Assembly: GCF_006345805.1 (NCBI RefSeq)
Contig: NC_043022.1
Location: 1 to 64,000, forward strand
Length of the DNA: 64,000 nt
DNA from: Octopus sinensis
Lineage: Eukaryota
Direction: 5' to 3'
Both the position numbers and the translations under genes were made by a program. Position 1 is the first letter of the stretch; each line of letters opens with the position of its first letter. Under the pieces are notes generated by a model. It was not told where the DNA came from. It did no database searches and was given only the letters and a program-made list of their open reading frames with translations. Positions 1 to 16,202 of the stretch are shown here, piece after piece.

Positions 1-2310
1 GGACGCATGATGTGTGAACGAGGCTTGTTTGTATGAACGCATGATGTGTGAACGAGGCATATTTGTATGGACGCATGACGGGTGAACGAGCCTTGTTTGT
101 ATGAACGCATGATGTGTGAACGAGGCTTGTTGAATGGACGCATGATGTATGAACGAAGCTTCTTTGTGTGGAAGCGTGTGTGAACGAGGCGTGTATGGGC
201 GCATGATGTGTGAACGAGGCTTGTGTGTATGGACGCATGATGTGTGAACGAGGCTTCTTTCTATGGACGCATGATGTGTGAAGGAGGCTTCTATGTGTGG
301 ACGCATGATATGTGAACGATGCTTGTTTGAATGTACGCATGATGTGTGAACGAGGCTTCTTTGTGTGGACGCATGATGTGTGAACGAGGCGTGTATGGAC
401 GTATGATGTGTGACCGAGGCTTGTGTATATGGACGCATGAGGTGTGAACGAGGCGTGTATGGACGCATGATGTGTGAACGTGGCATATTTGTATGGACGC
501 ATGATGTGTGAACGAGGCTTGTTTGTATGGACGCATGACGGGTGAACGAGGCTTGTTTGTATGGACGCATGATGTGTGAACGAGGCTTGTTTGTATGAAC
601 GCATGATGTGTGAACGAGGCTTGTTTGTATGGACGCATGATGTGTGAACGAGGCTTGTTTGTATGGACGCATGATGTGTGAACGAGGCGTGTATGTATGA
701 ACGCATTATGTGTGAACGAGGCTTGTTTGTATGAACGCAAGATGTGTGAACGAGGCTTGTTTGTATGAACGCATGATGTGTGAACGAGGCTTGTTTGTAT
801 GGACGCATGATGTGTGAACGAGGCTTGTTTGTGTGGACGCATGATGTGTGAACGAGGCCTGTTTGTATGAACGCATGATGTGGGAACGAGTCTTCTTTGT
901 GTGGACGCATGATGTGTGAACGAGGCGTGTATGGACGCATGATGTGTGAACGAGGCTTGTTTGTGTGGACGCATGATGTGTGAACGAGGCTTGTTTGTGT
1001 GGACGCATGATGTATGAACCAGGCTTGTTTGTATGGACGCATGACGGATGAACGAGCCTTGTTTGTATGAACGCATGGCGGTGAACGAGGCTTGTTTGCA
1101 TGAACGCATGAGGTGTGAACGAGGCTTGTTTGTATGAACGCATAAAGTGTGAACGAGGCTTGGTTGTTTGGACGCATGATGTGTGAACGAGGCTTGTTTG
1201 AATGGACACATGATGTGTGAACGAGGCTTGTTTGTGTGGACGCATGATGTGTGAACGAGGCGTGTATGTATGGACGCATGATGTGTGAACGAGGCTTGTT
1301 TGTATGGACGCATGTGTGAACGAGGCCTGTTTGTATGGACGCATGACGGGTGAACGTGCCTTGTTTGTATGAACGCATGATGTGTGAACGAGGCTTGTTT
1401 GTGTGGACGCATGATGTGTGGAGGCTTGTTTGTGTGGACGCATGATGTGTGAACGAGGCTTGTTTGTGTGGACGCATGATGTGTGAACGAGGCGTGTATG
1501 TATGGACGCATGATGTGTGAACGAGGCTTGTTTGTATAGACGCATGATGTGTGAACGAGGCTTGTTTGTATGAACGCATGTGTGAACGAGGCTTGTTTGA
1601 ATGGACGCATGATGTGTGAACGAGGCGTGTATGTATGGACGCATGATGTGTGAACGAGGCTTGTTTGTGTGGACGCATGATGTGTGAACGAGGCTTGTTT
1701 GTATGGACGCATGACGGGTGAACGAGCCTTGTTTGAATGGACGCATGTGTGAACGAGGCTTGTTTGAATTGACGCATGATGTGTGAACGAGGCTCGTTTG
1801 TGTGGATGCATGATGTGTGGACGCATGATGTGTGAACGAGGCGTGTATGTATGGACGCATGATGTGTGAACGAGGCCTGTTTGTATGGACGAATGATGTG
1901 TGAACGAGGCTTGTTTGTATGGACGCATGACGGGTGAACGAGCCTTGTTTGTATGAACGCATGATGTGTGAACGAGGCTTGTTTGAATGGACGCATGATG
2001 TGTGAACGAGGCTTGTTTGAATGGACGCATGATGTGTGAACGAGGCTTCTTTGTGTGGACGCATGATGTGTGAACGAGGCGTGTATGGACGCACGATGTG
2101 TGAACGAGGCTTGTTTGTGTGGACGCATTATCTGTGAACGTGGCGTGTATGGACGCATGACGTGTGAACGAGGCTTGTTTGTGTGGACGCATGATGTGTG
2201 AACGAGGCTTGTTTGTATGGACGCATGATGTGTGAACGAGGCATGTTTGTATAGACGCATGATGTGTGAATGAGGCTTGTTTGTATGGACGCATGATGTG
2301 TGAACGAGGC
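1..2310. repeat. 34-bp satellite array (consensus GGACGCATGATGTGTGAACGAGGCTTGTTTGTAT, with 30/31-bp variants); runs off the window start
   Basis: Tandem unit read directly; explains the overlapping His/Ser/Thr-rich minus-strand ORFs. Confidence 0.97.
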
Positions 2311-2405
2311 TAACACTAACCCTAACCCAAACCTAGCCCCGACCCTGACCCTAACCCCCGAACCCTAACCAACCCTAACCCTAATCCAACACCAACCCAA
2401 ACACC
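2311..2405 (+). repeat. Degenerate (CCCTAA)n telomere-like tract (interstitial)
   Basis: ctaaccctaaccc...gaccctgaccctaaccccc...ccctaaccctaatcc directly after the last satellite unit. Confidence 0.8.
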
Positions 2406-2424
2406 AATCGTAACGTAATTACAT

Positions 2425-2690
2425 GTAAGTGAAGTAACTCTGCATAATTTTGTACCTATTTCCCTTTCTAGAGTTACTTCCCTTGAATAGCATAATTTAA
2501 TAATACATAATAGTAATTTAATTAGGTGTAAGGGAAGTAACTCTGAAAGATTTTATAGTTATCTTCCTTCGTAGAGTGACTTACTATGCATATTATAAGT
2601 TAATAATTAATAATATGCAAGGGGAGTAACTCTAGAAAGGGAGATAACTCAAAAATATTCAAAACTTACCTCCCTTACATTTAACTACGT
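2425..2690. repeat. Cluster of alternating direct and inverted AGAGTTACTTCCC / GGGAAGTAACTCT motifs
   Basis: About 6-8 copies in both orientations with AT-rich spacers; similar clusters at 6930-7140, 12285-12520, 14290-14500, 19960-20220, 24545-24740 and 27520-27730. Confidence 0.85.
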
Positions 2691-2762
2691 AACGACTATT
2701 GTCAAAATGTATTATGGAAGCTAATTAACTCTACAATATAATGTTCAGACGTAACGCATACA

Positions 2763-2965
2763 CTTTTACTCTTTTCCTTGTTTAGTCATTTCACTGTGCC
2801 AATGCTGGAGCACAGCCTTTTCCAGAGCAATCGACACTAGGACTTTATCTACGTCAGTCTAGTATTAATTCTGTTGGTCTTCTTTTCCCGAACGGATAAG
2901 TTAACTGTGTGAAGAACATCGGCATTGGTTGTCAAGCGATTTTGGAGACACCGAAACATACACAC
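2763..2965 (-). mobile_element. Degenerate 3' half of the octopus-type SINE
   Basis: Starts tactctttt...agtcatttcactgtgccaatgctggagcac and aligns by eye to the full copies at 47935-48751. Confidence 0.75.
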
Positions 2966-3018
2966 ATATACATATATATATATATCTATATGTATATACA
3001 TGTTTCTCTCTATATATA

Positions 3019-4810
3019 TTGCAGAAAAAATACTGCTGTCTTTAGTGTTCCCACTGATATTGACGTAAGAGAAGCGAACGAAGTTGACTCCCAACACAAA
3101 ATTGCAGACATAACCTTCACTCTCCACTGACATCGTAGCAGCAATAAATGAGGTCAAATACTACTCTGCTGTAGGCCCTGATAGATTCCCCGCTAGTCTC
3201 CTGAAGGAATGTAAACACCACTTGCAGTCCCACTGACCAACCTCTGGAGAAATTCGTTAGATGCAGGTTATATACCCAAAACAGTTTCTATCCCAGTCAG
3301 TCATCCCGGTTTTCAAACAGGAAACAGATCCCTCGCACTCAACTATCGCCCAATCTCACTCACCTCCCACATCATCAAAGTGTTTGAAAGAGTGTTAAGA
3401 TCAAGGATGGCTGACTTCCTGGAGACCCAGAAACTCCTAAATGCAAATCAGCATGGCTTTTCGGTGAGGCAGGGACTGTCTAACACAGCTCTTACAACCA
3501 CATTGAAGATGTACTCAAAGCCTTGGGAACAGGTTCGAACTCTGATGTCATATATCTTGACTTAAGTAAAGCGTTCGACAGGGTAGACCATAATATCCTA
3601 CTCTCAAAATTGGCAAATGTTGGAATCCGTGGAAAAGTTCTACACTGGATCAAGTATTTCCTGGCGAATAGAACACAACATGTTGTAGTTGATGGAGTCC
3701 ACTCAAGCCCAGCATAAGTCACCAGCGGTGTCCCCCAGGGACTGTCTTGGGTCCGCTACTCTTCATAATCTACATAAACGACCTTTCCAGTGTCGTACAT
3801 TACTGCAAAGTGAAAATATTTGCTGATGACACCAAGCTCCAGCAAATCGTCAATGAAAAAGCAGACCGAACTCAACTCCAGTCTGATCTATATGCTGTGA
3901 GTCAATGGGCAGACAGAAACAAAATGCAACTGAACGAGGGAAAATTTGAGCTGATGCATTTTGGAAGAAACTCCTCACTAAAACGGCCATACTCTCTTCC
4001 TTCAGGGAACCGCTCACACCTCTAACAATATCAGAGACCTGGGTGTAATTGTTGATGACGATCTCAGTTGGAGTGCACACATCAACAAGGTCGATATAGC
4101 TCGTAGGATGATTCCTGGATCTTAAGAACTTTCCGGTCCAGAGAACAAGGTGTCATCAAACCACTTTTTTCCTCCTTTGTACGGCCACACCTTGAATACT
4201 GCTGCCCACTGTGGTCTCACACAAGACATCTCCAGAATTGAGTCACCCCAGAGGTCTCTCACTAAACGAATTGAAGGCATGGCTGCTCTCGATTATTGGG
4301 ATCGCCGTAAAGCCTTGAAACTTTACTCCCTCCAGCGTCGCCGTGAGCGGTACATCATTTGTACGATGTGGAAAATATACCGCCAACTATGCCCAAACGA
4401 CCTAAACATTAGCTTCAAGGTTCATCCAAGACTTGGACCACGAGCTATACGTCCCCTGCCCAATTCAAGATGACAACATACATGTACACTGCAACATAAT
4501 TTCTTTTCCTCAACAGGCCCTGCCCTATTTAACATTGTCCCGAGAGAGATCAAAGAGGAAAAGGATCCCATCAACTTCAAACAGAGTCTGGATAGATTCC
4601 TTCAAAGAATACCAGATAAGCCACCCATAGTAGGATACAACTCACCCAACAAGACCTCACTACTTGAACAAAACTGGATACAACTCACCCAACAAGAACT
4701 CACTACTTGAACAAACCTTGACTTAAACAGGATTCGAATAATCCTATTAAATGGTGCTATTAAGTTAGACATAGCCTGGACCAATCTTTGGTCGAAACAC
4801 ATCTAAGTTT
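3019..4810 (+). mobile_element. CR1-clade LINE family A, 5'-truncated ORF2 (reverse transcriptase) with several frameshifts
   Basis: Motifs NYRPISLTSH, NQHGF, YLDxSKAFDRV, FADDTK, DLGVIVD, LYSLQRRRERY spread over several frames. Confidence 0.93.
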
Positions 4811-4864
4811 ATATATATCTGATATATCTTTATAAATATATATATATATATATATATATACCAA

Positions 4865-7800
4865 TCTATCTTCTTCGAGCACATCGTCAGCAGCACTTAT
4901 TCTTTCTAAGCCTAGTATTTATTCTAACTTATTCTTTTCTGCCGAGCCGCTGAAATACAGGGAGGAAAACACACCAGCATCGTTTGAAAAATCTACTATA
5001 GCCCCGAGCCGACCAAAGCCTTGTGATTGGATATGGTGGAAGGAAACTGGAAAAATGCAGTCATATATATGTTTATATATATGTGTACGTGTGTGTGCGT
5101 ATGTCTGTTTGTCCCCAAACAATGCTACACAACGGACGCTAGTCTGTCTACGTCCCCATAATTTCATATAATACGTTTCATGTTGTAATATCTGTAATAA
5201 AGTAATAATGACATAATCAAGTTTCTTTTTTGTTTTCTTTGTATATATGCGTATATCTGTAAGTATATAATATATATACATATATATATATATAATATAT
5301 ATATATATATACTGGAGCGCCGCCTTTAGTCGATCACATCGTCCGCAGCACTTCTTTGTAAGCCTAGTATTTATTCTAACTTGTTCTCTTTTGCTGAACC
5401 GCTAAAATACAGGGAGTAAAACACACCTGTATCAGTAAAAACATCAACAGCTACAGTCGTTCGAAGGTAATAACAAAACTGTCTACTCTTATCCACCAGT
5501 TCCAACACGATTTAACAAAAAAGGAGACAAATTGCTTGATTAGATTTCACTGCAAAGCCAGTAACATCTATGAACTTCCCAAAATATACAAAGGTTAAGC
5601 CATAAACAAAACCTGTAACAAGTTAACTTCTATAGTTATAAATATTCCACACCCGAGAGATCTCCGAATGAGGCCAATTATGGTCAATCCAGGTATGCAT
5701 TGGGTGCTTAACACTCGCAAATCTGAAGTCACTAAAGATGCAATAAATTGAACTTCTTTTCATTTAGAACTTAGGGATCTGCAAATGTGGGTATCTTGGA
5801 GATGCTTAAAGTGTTTGTTGTAGCTGTAATTGTCGCACACACACAAACGAATAAAAACAGAGTCGCTCACACACACGTACACACGAAAATAAAAACATTC
5901 ACACAAGCACAGACACTGAAATGAAAATACCAACACACACACACAAATAAAAACAGTCCCACGCACACAAACACTGAAAAAAAATTCTCACAAAAACACT
6001 CACATACGCACAAAGACAAACACACAAATGAAAATACACAGCTACATATTCACACACTCAAACACGCGGAGAAACACAGAAATGAAGACAGTTACATACC
6101 TACACATGCACAAACACAGACACACAAATAGAAATGAAAAATACAGTAACACATCCAAACTCTCACACACAAACATACGCACAAACACAAACACACAAAC
6201 ATACGCACCCACACACAGAAATGAAAACGCAGTTACACAATCACACATAAAACCCTAACCAGCACAAACATACAATTTATTCAGAATGTAAAGGGGCATT
6301 GGGTGCTTTGAACTCGCAGTTAGAATATCAGCCCCCTCCACGCCAGTATGAGAATTTCTTTTATCCACTTGTGAAATTGATACATTGTCGACACATGGGA
6401 AAAATATGAGCAACATCTGAAGTCACTAAAGGTGCAATAAATTGAACTTATTTGTATTTAGTAGTTAGTGATCTCAAATGTGGGTATCTTAGAAATGGTC
6501 AAAGTGTTTGTTGTATTTGTGTCGCACACACACAAACAAATAGAAACACTCAGTCGCTCACACAGAAATATAAACACACAAACACACACAAACACTGAAA
6601 TGAAAATACCGGCACTCACATAAATAAAAACAGTCCCACACATGCAAGGAGCCCCAATAAATATATCAAAAAAGTTTCTAGTATTTTTCCTAGCCCATAA
6701 TTTATGATAATTGAAGTTCTTACAGTAAATAAATACCTACTAAATCAGTACATCGAACATTACGTCCCCGTAACTTAGCGGTTCTGCAAAAGAGACCTAT
6801 ACGTTAAGTAATAGGCATACAAAGAATAATTGCTGGGGTTGATTTGCTTGACTAAAGGCGGTGCTCCACCATGGTCACAGTGAAATAACTGAAAGAGTCA
6901 AAGAGCGACAAAGTCTATATTACAATAACTACATACTTTAGGGAGATTACAGAGTATCTTCTACAGTTACCTTCCCTTAAATATTAAAATTTAACAATAA
7001 TAAAATAAAATGCTAGGAATTTAACACTCGGAAGGGAGATAACTAGATAACATCTTCCAGAGTTACTTTCCTTACATATAATTATTTTACTTTTGTTAAA
7101 TAATTTCCTAGGGAAGTAGCTCTAGAATATATTATGCAGACGTGACACACACACTTTTACGCTTTTCCTCCTTTAGTCATTTTACTGTGCCCATGCTGGA
7201 GCACAGCATTTTCTAGAGCAAATCGACACTAGGACTAACTCTATGACAGTCTAGAATTTATTTATTGATCGTCTTTTCCCGAAGTTACTAGAGTGAAAAA
7301 ATACCAGCATCGGTTGTCAAGCGGTTTTGGGGACACAGAAACATATATATAAATATCTATCTAGTTTATATTTACTGCGGAGAAAACCACGCGAGAGTGG
7401 TGGATTTGGAATAGTTATATCATATAGACTCGAGACATAGTTATTATCGCCTCGAGTCTATATGCTAGTAGAAGACATTTGCCCAACGTGCCACCCAGTG
7501 GGACAGAACTCGAAAACATTTGTTAGGTAAGCAAGCTAATTCCCATTCAGACACTACGTTTTGTTAACTGGACAAGTTCAAGGTGAGCCTAATTGTTTGT
7601 ATGCAAATGAGTTCATTAATGGGGTCCGGAACTTTCGCGGCTGGGTCCCATAAGACAATGCAACAAACTTGGGTATGGGTGGACTGTGCTCACACACGCA
7701 CAAACACCCACACGTCCGCACTCACGAATATAGATACATGCATATACGCAAACTCGTAGATATTTGTTTTAAACATGTTGACATTAAAACCATGACGTTC

Positions 7801-9590
7801 TGTGTCTATTTGCGCGCGCATTTCTGTGAGAATGATTGCTCACGAACCGCAATGCGCCGAGTTTAAACCAACAGCGTTGCACCTTCGGCAAGTGTATTCA
7901 ACTATAGCCTTGGGCCGACCAAAGTATTCTGAGTGGAGTTGGTAGAGGGAAACTGAAAGAAGCCTGTCGTATATACGATTACCGGCGTAGGAATGGCTAT
8001 GTTGTACATGGTTTGGTGTTCACTCCCACTGCCTGTCATCTTATGCCATTGTCTACTACTGTACCCCAGGGCCGACCTAATCCTTGTGATTGGATTTAGT
8101 GGAAGGAAACTGAAAGAATCCCATCGTATATATGTTTAAATGTGTGTGTGTGTGTGTTTGTTCGCACTCGAAGGGCACACGAGAATGCACGCACGTACTA
8201 TCACACATACAGATGCAAGTTTTCTTAATAAAATGGAAAGAACTCCCGTTCCATCCCTTACAGTTTCTTTTTTGTTTTCAACACTACATATACATGCGTG
8301 GGTATATACACGTATATCTGTATGTGTATGTCTGGGTGAAACAGACTTTCGCGGTTGGGTCACATTAGCCGATGCGACCACCTTGGGTATGTGTGGACTG
8401 TGCTCACACACGCACAAAAACCCACACTTCCGCACTCATGCACATAGATACATGCAAAGCTATTTCATGTTTTAAATATGTTGACCTTAAAACCGTGACA
8501 CTCCCAAGAAATTGCATGAGTGTGTGGGTCAGCCAATATGTGTGCTTTCATCTCTGTGTCTATTTGCGCGCGCGATTGTGTGTGAGAGTGTTTGCTTACC
8601 AACCTCAATGTGCTGGATTAAATCCAACAGCGTGGCACCTTCGGCAAGTGTATTCAACTATACCCCCGGGCCGACCAAAATATCGACCAAAGTATTCTGA
8701 GTAGGGTTGGTAGAGGGAAACTGAAAGAAGCCCGTCGTATATATGAAAATCGGCGCACGAATGGCTATGTGGTAAGTAGTTTGCTTACGAACCACATGGT
8801 TTCAATTTCATTCACACTGCCTCGCATCTTGTCCAATTGTCTTCTAAAGTAGCCCCGGGTCGACCAAATCCTTGTAATTGGATTTGGTGAAAGGAAACTG
8901 AAAGAATCCCGTCGTATATATGTTTATATATAATGTGGTGTGTGTGTGTCTGTCTGTGTTCGCACTCGAATGGCACACGACCATGCACGCACGAACCATC
9001 GGACATACAGATGCAAGGTTTCTCTATGAAAGGGAAACAACTGGAGCGCCGCCTTTAGTCGAGCACATCGTCCGCAGCACTTTTCTTTGTAAACCTAGTA
9101 TTTATTCTAACTTATTCTCTTTTGCCGAACCGCTAAGAATAACCAAACTGTCTACTCGTATCCACCATTTCCAAAACGATTTAACAAAAAAGGAGACAAT
9201 TGCTTGACTAGATTTGACTGCAAAGCCGTAACATCTATGGACTTCCCAAAATCTACAAAAGTTAAGCCATAAACAAAACCTGTAACAGGTTCACTTCTAT
9301 AGTCATAAATATTCCACACCCGAGAGATCTCCGAACGAGGCCAATTATGGCCGATCCAAGTATGTAGATACAGGGAGCATTGGGTGCTTAACAATCGCAA
9401 ATCTGAAGTCGCAATAAATTGAACTTTTTTTCATTTAGCAGCTAGTGATTTTGCAAATGTGGGTATCTTGGAGATGCTTAGAGTGTTTGTTGTAGCTGTA
9501 AATGTCGCACACACACAAACGAATAAAAACGCACATAGGCACATACACACAGACACAAACACTGAAATGAAACTACCGACACTCACACAA
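4865..9590. repeat. Mosaic of SINE fragments (both strands), (TA)n tracts and CA-rich modules (cacagaaatgaaaa-type)
   Basis: SINE pieces (gggccgaccaaag...ggaaactgaaagaag; ctggagcgccgcctttagtcga) interleaved with blocks repeated at 12600-15750, 22400-27900 and 59170-60950. Confidence 0.85.
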
Positions 9591-12255
9591 CTGGGTATGT
9601 TAAGTCTGAGCACAAACCGTCCTGCGGTATTCTACCCACAAATGCTCAACCTACAACCAAATTCGATGCCGTCTATTGCAAGCTGAGCCTATCTGAGTTT
9701 TGCCTGCCCGTGTTGACTGTCTACAGGCCGCCTCTAGCCGACCCCCAGGACGATGCTCATCTACTCGAAGCGATAAGATTCGTTTCAGCTTTGCATGACT
9801 GCTTGGTACTAGGCGACTTCAACGCTCCCACGATCGATTGGCCCGCATCAATTTGTACATCTTCCCGGTTCGGCCAGGCCCTTCTTGACGTGGCTGAAGA
9901 TTGTTTTCTCTCACAACATGTTGAATATCCGACAAGGCATCGGTCTGGGCAGCAGCCATCTATGCTAGATCTGGTATTCTCCCGCTATCCAAGATCAGTG
10001 TCAGACGTATCTGTGTGCGCCCCTCTTGCCAAGAGTGATCATGAGGTCCTGAAGTTCGTCATGCACACAACTTTTTCCACGCCCACGATTACTTCGCTGC
10101 CACGTAGAGTCTTCTCTGCAATTAATCTTGAAATTCTAACCGAGGATTCCGCGCTTCTGGACTGGCGTTCCCTGATGACGTTGTCCTCAGTTGACGAACT
10201 ATGGTCATCCCTCAAAGCATATGTAATCTGTTTGACTGACCAGGCAGTTCCCGTTGGACTTCCCAAGAGGAAGAAACACAAGCCCTGGGTGATGAAGAAG
10301 GTTAAATGAGAACGTCGACTCAAAGATATTGCTTGGGCTGAATTCAAAAATCTGGATCCGACTGCAGCTTTTGAGGTGTAAAAAACTCAACGAGACCGAG
10401 CCGTGAAAATTGAAAAGAAAGAACGCTTCAGTTATGAATACAAAATCGCGGCAAATGCCAGTAGCAATCCAAAAACCTTCTTTGCCCATGTCCAGCGGAA
10501 TTCCCGCTTGAACAACCAGATTGCAATGTTGGTAGACTCAACAGGCGTATCGATTGAGGACCCTTATCAACAGAGTCAATTATTTGCCGAGGCTTTTTCA
10601 ACTATTTTCAAAAAAGATGATGGTCGTGAACCCCCTCCATTTGATAGATCGGTACCTCCAATGCTTCGATTGATCATCACGAGGGACGAAGTCAAACGTG
10701 TTATTCAAGGCCTCGATGTCAACAAGGGTCACGGCCCTGACGGCATACACCCACGGGTTATCAAAGCGTTGGCTCCGGTCATCTGCGAGCCCTTAACACG
10801 ACTATTCAATATATCATTGGCGACGGGTGTTATACCTGCAGACTGGAGAACAGCGATAATCTGCCCAATTTTCAAGAAAGGGAGCTGCGAAGACCCGCTT
10901 AACTACCGACCGATTTCCCTTACATCAATAATCAGCAAGATGTTCGAAACCATCCTTAAGAAAAGTATGATGCTCCACCTCCTAAACACAGCCTCGATCA
11001 CTGATTCCCAACACGGCTTCGTGCCGAAGAGATCATGCTTGACCAACTTACTAGTAATGGAAGAATTGGTAACGCGCATCCTCGATGATAGTGATGCTGT
11101 TGACATCGTTTTATTGGACTTTGCCAAAGCTTTTGACTCGGTAAACCACCGCCTACTACTTGTCAAGCTTCAAGCATATAGTTTCCATCCGGATATTGTA
11201 CGATGGGTTGGTGCCTTCCTCTCAGATCGCTCCTTCCAAGTTCAAGTTAATGGTTCGCGGTCCGACGTCTCCAGTGCGAGCAGTGGCGTGCCTCAAGGTT
11301 CAGTGCTTGGGCCCTTGTTGTTCTTAGTCTTCATAAATGACTTGCCCGACGACCTCACGCAACACAACCCTTCTATTTGCCGACGATATCAAACTGGTCG
11401 CTCCTCGCGGTAGTATAGAGGATCTTCGTCGATGCCTCCACCAAATTTGGAAGTGGTCTAACGATTGGGACCTGTGTCTGAACGTGTCAAAGTGCTGTCA
11501 TCTGCCTGTCGGCTCTACTCCTGCAACTCAACTTGATTTCGAGCCGGGTCGTCTGCTGCTGGAGAGGACCGATCAGGTAAAGGACCTGGGTATCTTGGTG
11601 GATTCTTCCTTTTCGCCTTCGGCCCAGTGCGTTCATGCTGCCAACAAAGCGCACGGAATTCTGTTTTTGATTCGACGGTCATTCGGAATGCTCACAGCAG
11701 CCATATTCCTGCCACTCTATGTCACGCTGGTGAGACCCATATTGGAGTATGGGATTCAAGCCTCTTCTCCTTATCTCCTCAAAGACATACAGTATCTCGA
11801 AAGAGTCCAGAGGCTGGCTACCCGCATGGTTCATGGTCTCAAAAATTTGTCCTACGAAGAAAGGCTGAGGACGCTCGACCTTTATTCTCTTGAAAAACGC
11901 CGCCGCCGTGGTGATCTCATTCTCGCCCACAACATCATAAGCGGGAAGTGTAACCTCTCGAAAGAGCTGTTCTTCACTCCTGCTCCGGAGTGTCGGCTGC
12001 GGGGTCATTCCAAAAAGCTCTACCTGCGACGATTTCATCTCAATCGAAGGAGAGGAGCTTTCTCCGTCCGGGTTGCGGATCCGTGGAACAAGCTGCCAGA
12101 CGAGATGGTGAAGATGCCGACGACCGCTTTGTTCAAAGCCTCCCTGGACCTCAAGTGGCCTGAACTCTTTACATGAACACCACCCTGTACTTAACTCCAT
12201 GTCCCCCTACAAGGCCTTGCTATTTGCTATTTGCTTTTGAGCCAAATTAACTAAC
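9591..12255 (+). mobile_element. CR1-clade LINE family C, 5'-truncated within the APE endonuclease; ORF2 has two nonsense codons and one frameshift; (TAAC)n tail
   Basis: APE motifs YVK, VYRPP, LGDFNAP, LDLVF, SDH; RT motifs GPDG, NYRPISLTS, QHGF, LDFAKAFDSV, GVPQGSVLGP, FADD. ORFs 9710-10309 and 10403-11413 share a frame; the frameshift is near 11365. Confidence 0.95.
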
Positions 12256-15758
<3,503 letters not shown>

Positions 15759-16192
15759 TTACCTGCCCCTGAGTTACATGCACCTGAATTACCTGCCCCT
15801 GAGTTACATGCACCTGAATTACCTGCCCCCGAGTTATATGACCCTGAATTACATGCACTTGAATTACCTGCCCCTGAATTACGTAACCCTTGATTACCTG
15901 CCCCTCAATTATATTCCTGATTTACCTTCCCCTGAATTACCTGCCCCTGGATTATCTGCCCTGAATTACCTTCCCCATAATTAACTGCCCCTGAATTACC
16001 TGCCCCTGAGTTTCTTGCCCCTAAGTTTCTTGTCCCTTAATTACATGCCCCTGAATTACCTGCCCCTCAATTACATGCCTCTGAATTACTTGCCCTTGAA
16101 TTACATGCCCCTGAATTACCTGCCCCTGAATTACCTGCCCCTGGAATACCTGTCCCTTAATTACCTGCCCCTGAATTAAATGTCCCTGAATT
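15759..16192. repeat. 15-bp satellite (consensus TTACCTGCCCCTGAA)
   Basis: About 29 tandem degenerate units read directly. Confidence 0.93.
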
Positions 16193-16202
16193 TATGAAAA
16201 TC

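Larger units (their letters stand above)
2311..9590. repeat. Segmental duplication unit 1 (paralog about 19869-27215)
   Basis: Colinear near-identity from the junction gaacgaggc|taacactaaccc onward; offset about 17.5 kb. Confidence 0.95.

Noticed and set aside
1-2310. CRISPR-like array, given the 30-34-bp repeat length
   Set aside because: No unique spacers, no cas genes, and a eukaryotic context
291-2316. His/Ser/Thr-rich ORFs of 462-667 aa as genes
   Set aside because: Translation of a 34-bp non-triplet satellite, open in several frames at once
2311-2405. True chromosome end
   Set aside because: Short, degenerate, flanked on both sides and duplicated internally
10039-12200. Antisense and alternate-frame ORFs over the LINEs
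   Set aside because: Shadow ORFs of RT coding sequence with no independent motifs
15778-15984. 68-aa LNY-repeat ORF
   Set aside because: In-frame reading of the 15-bp satellite
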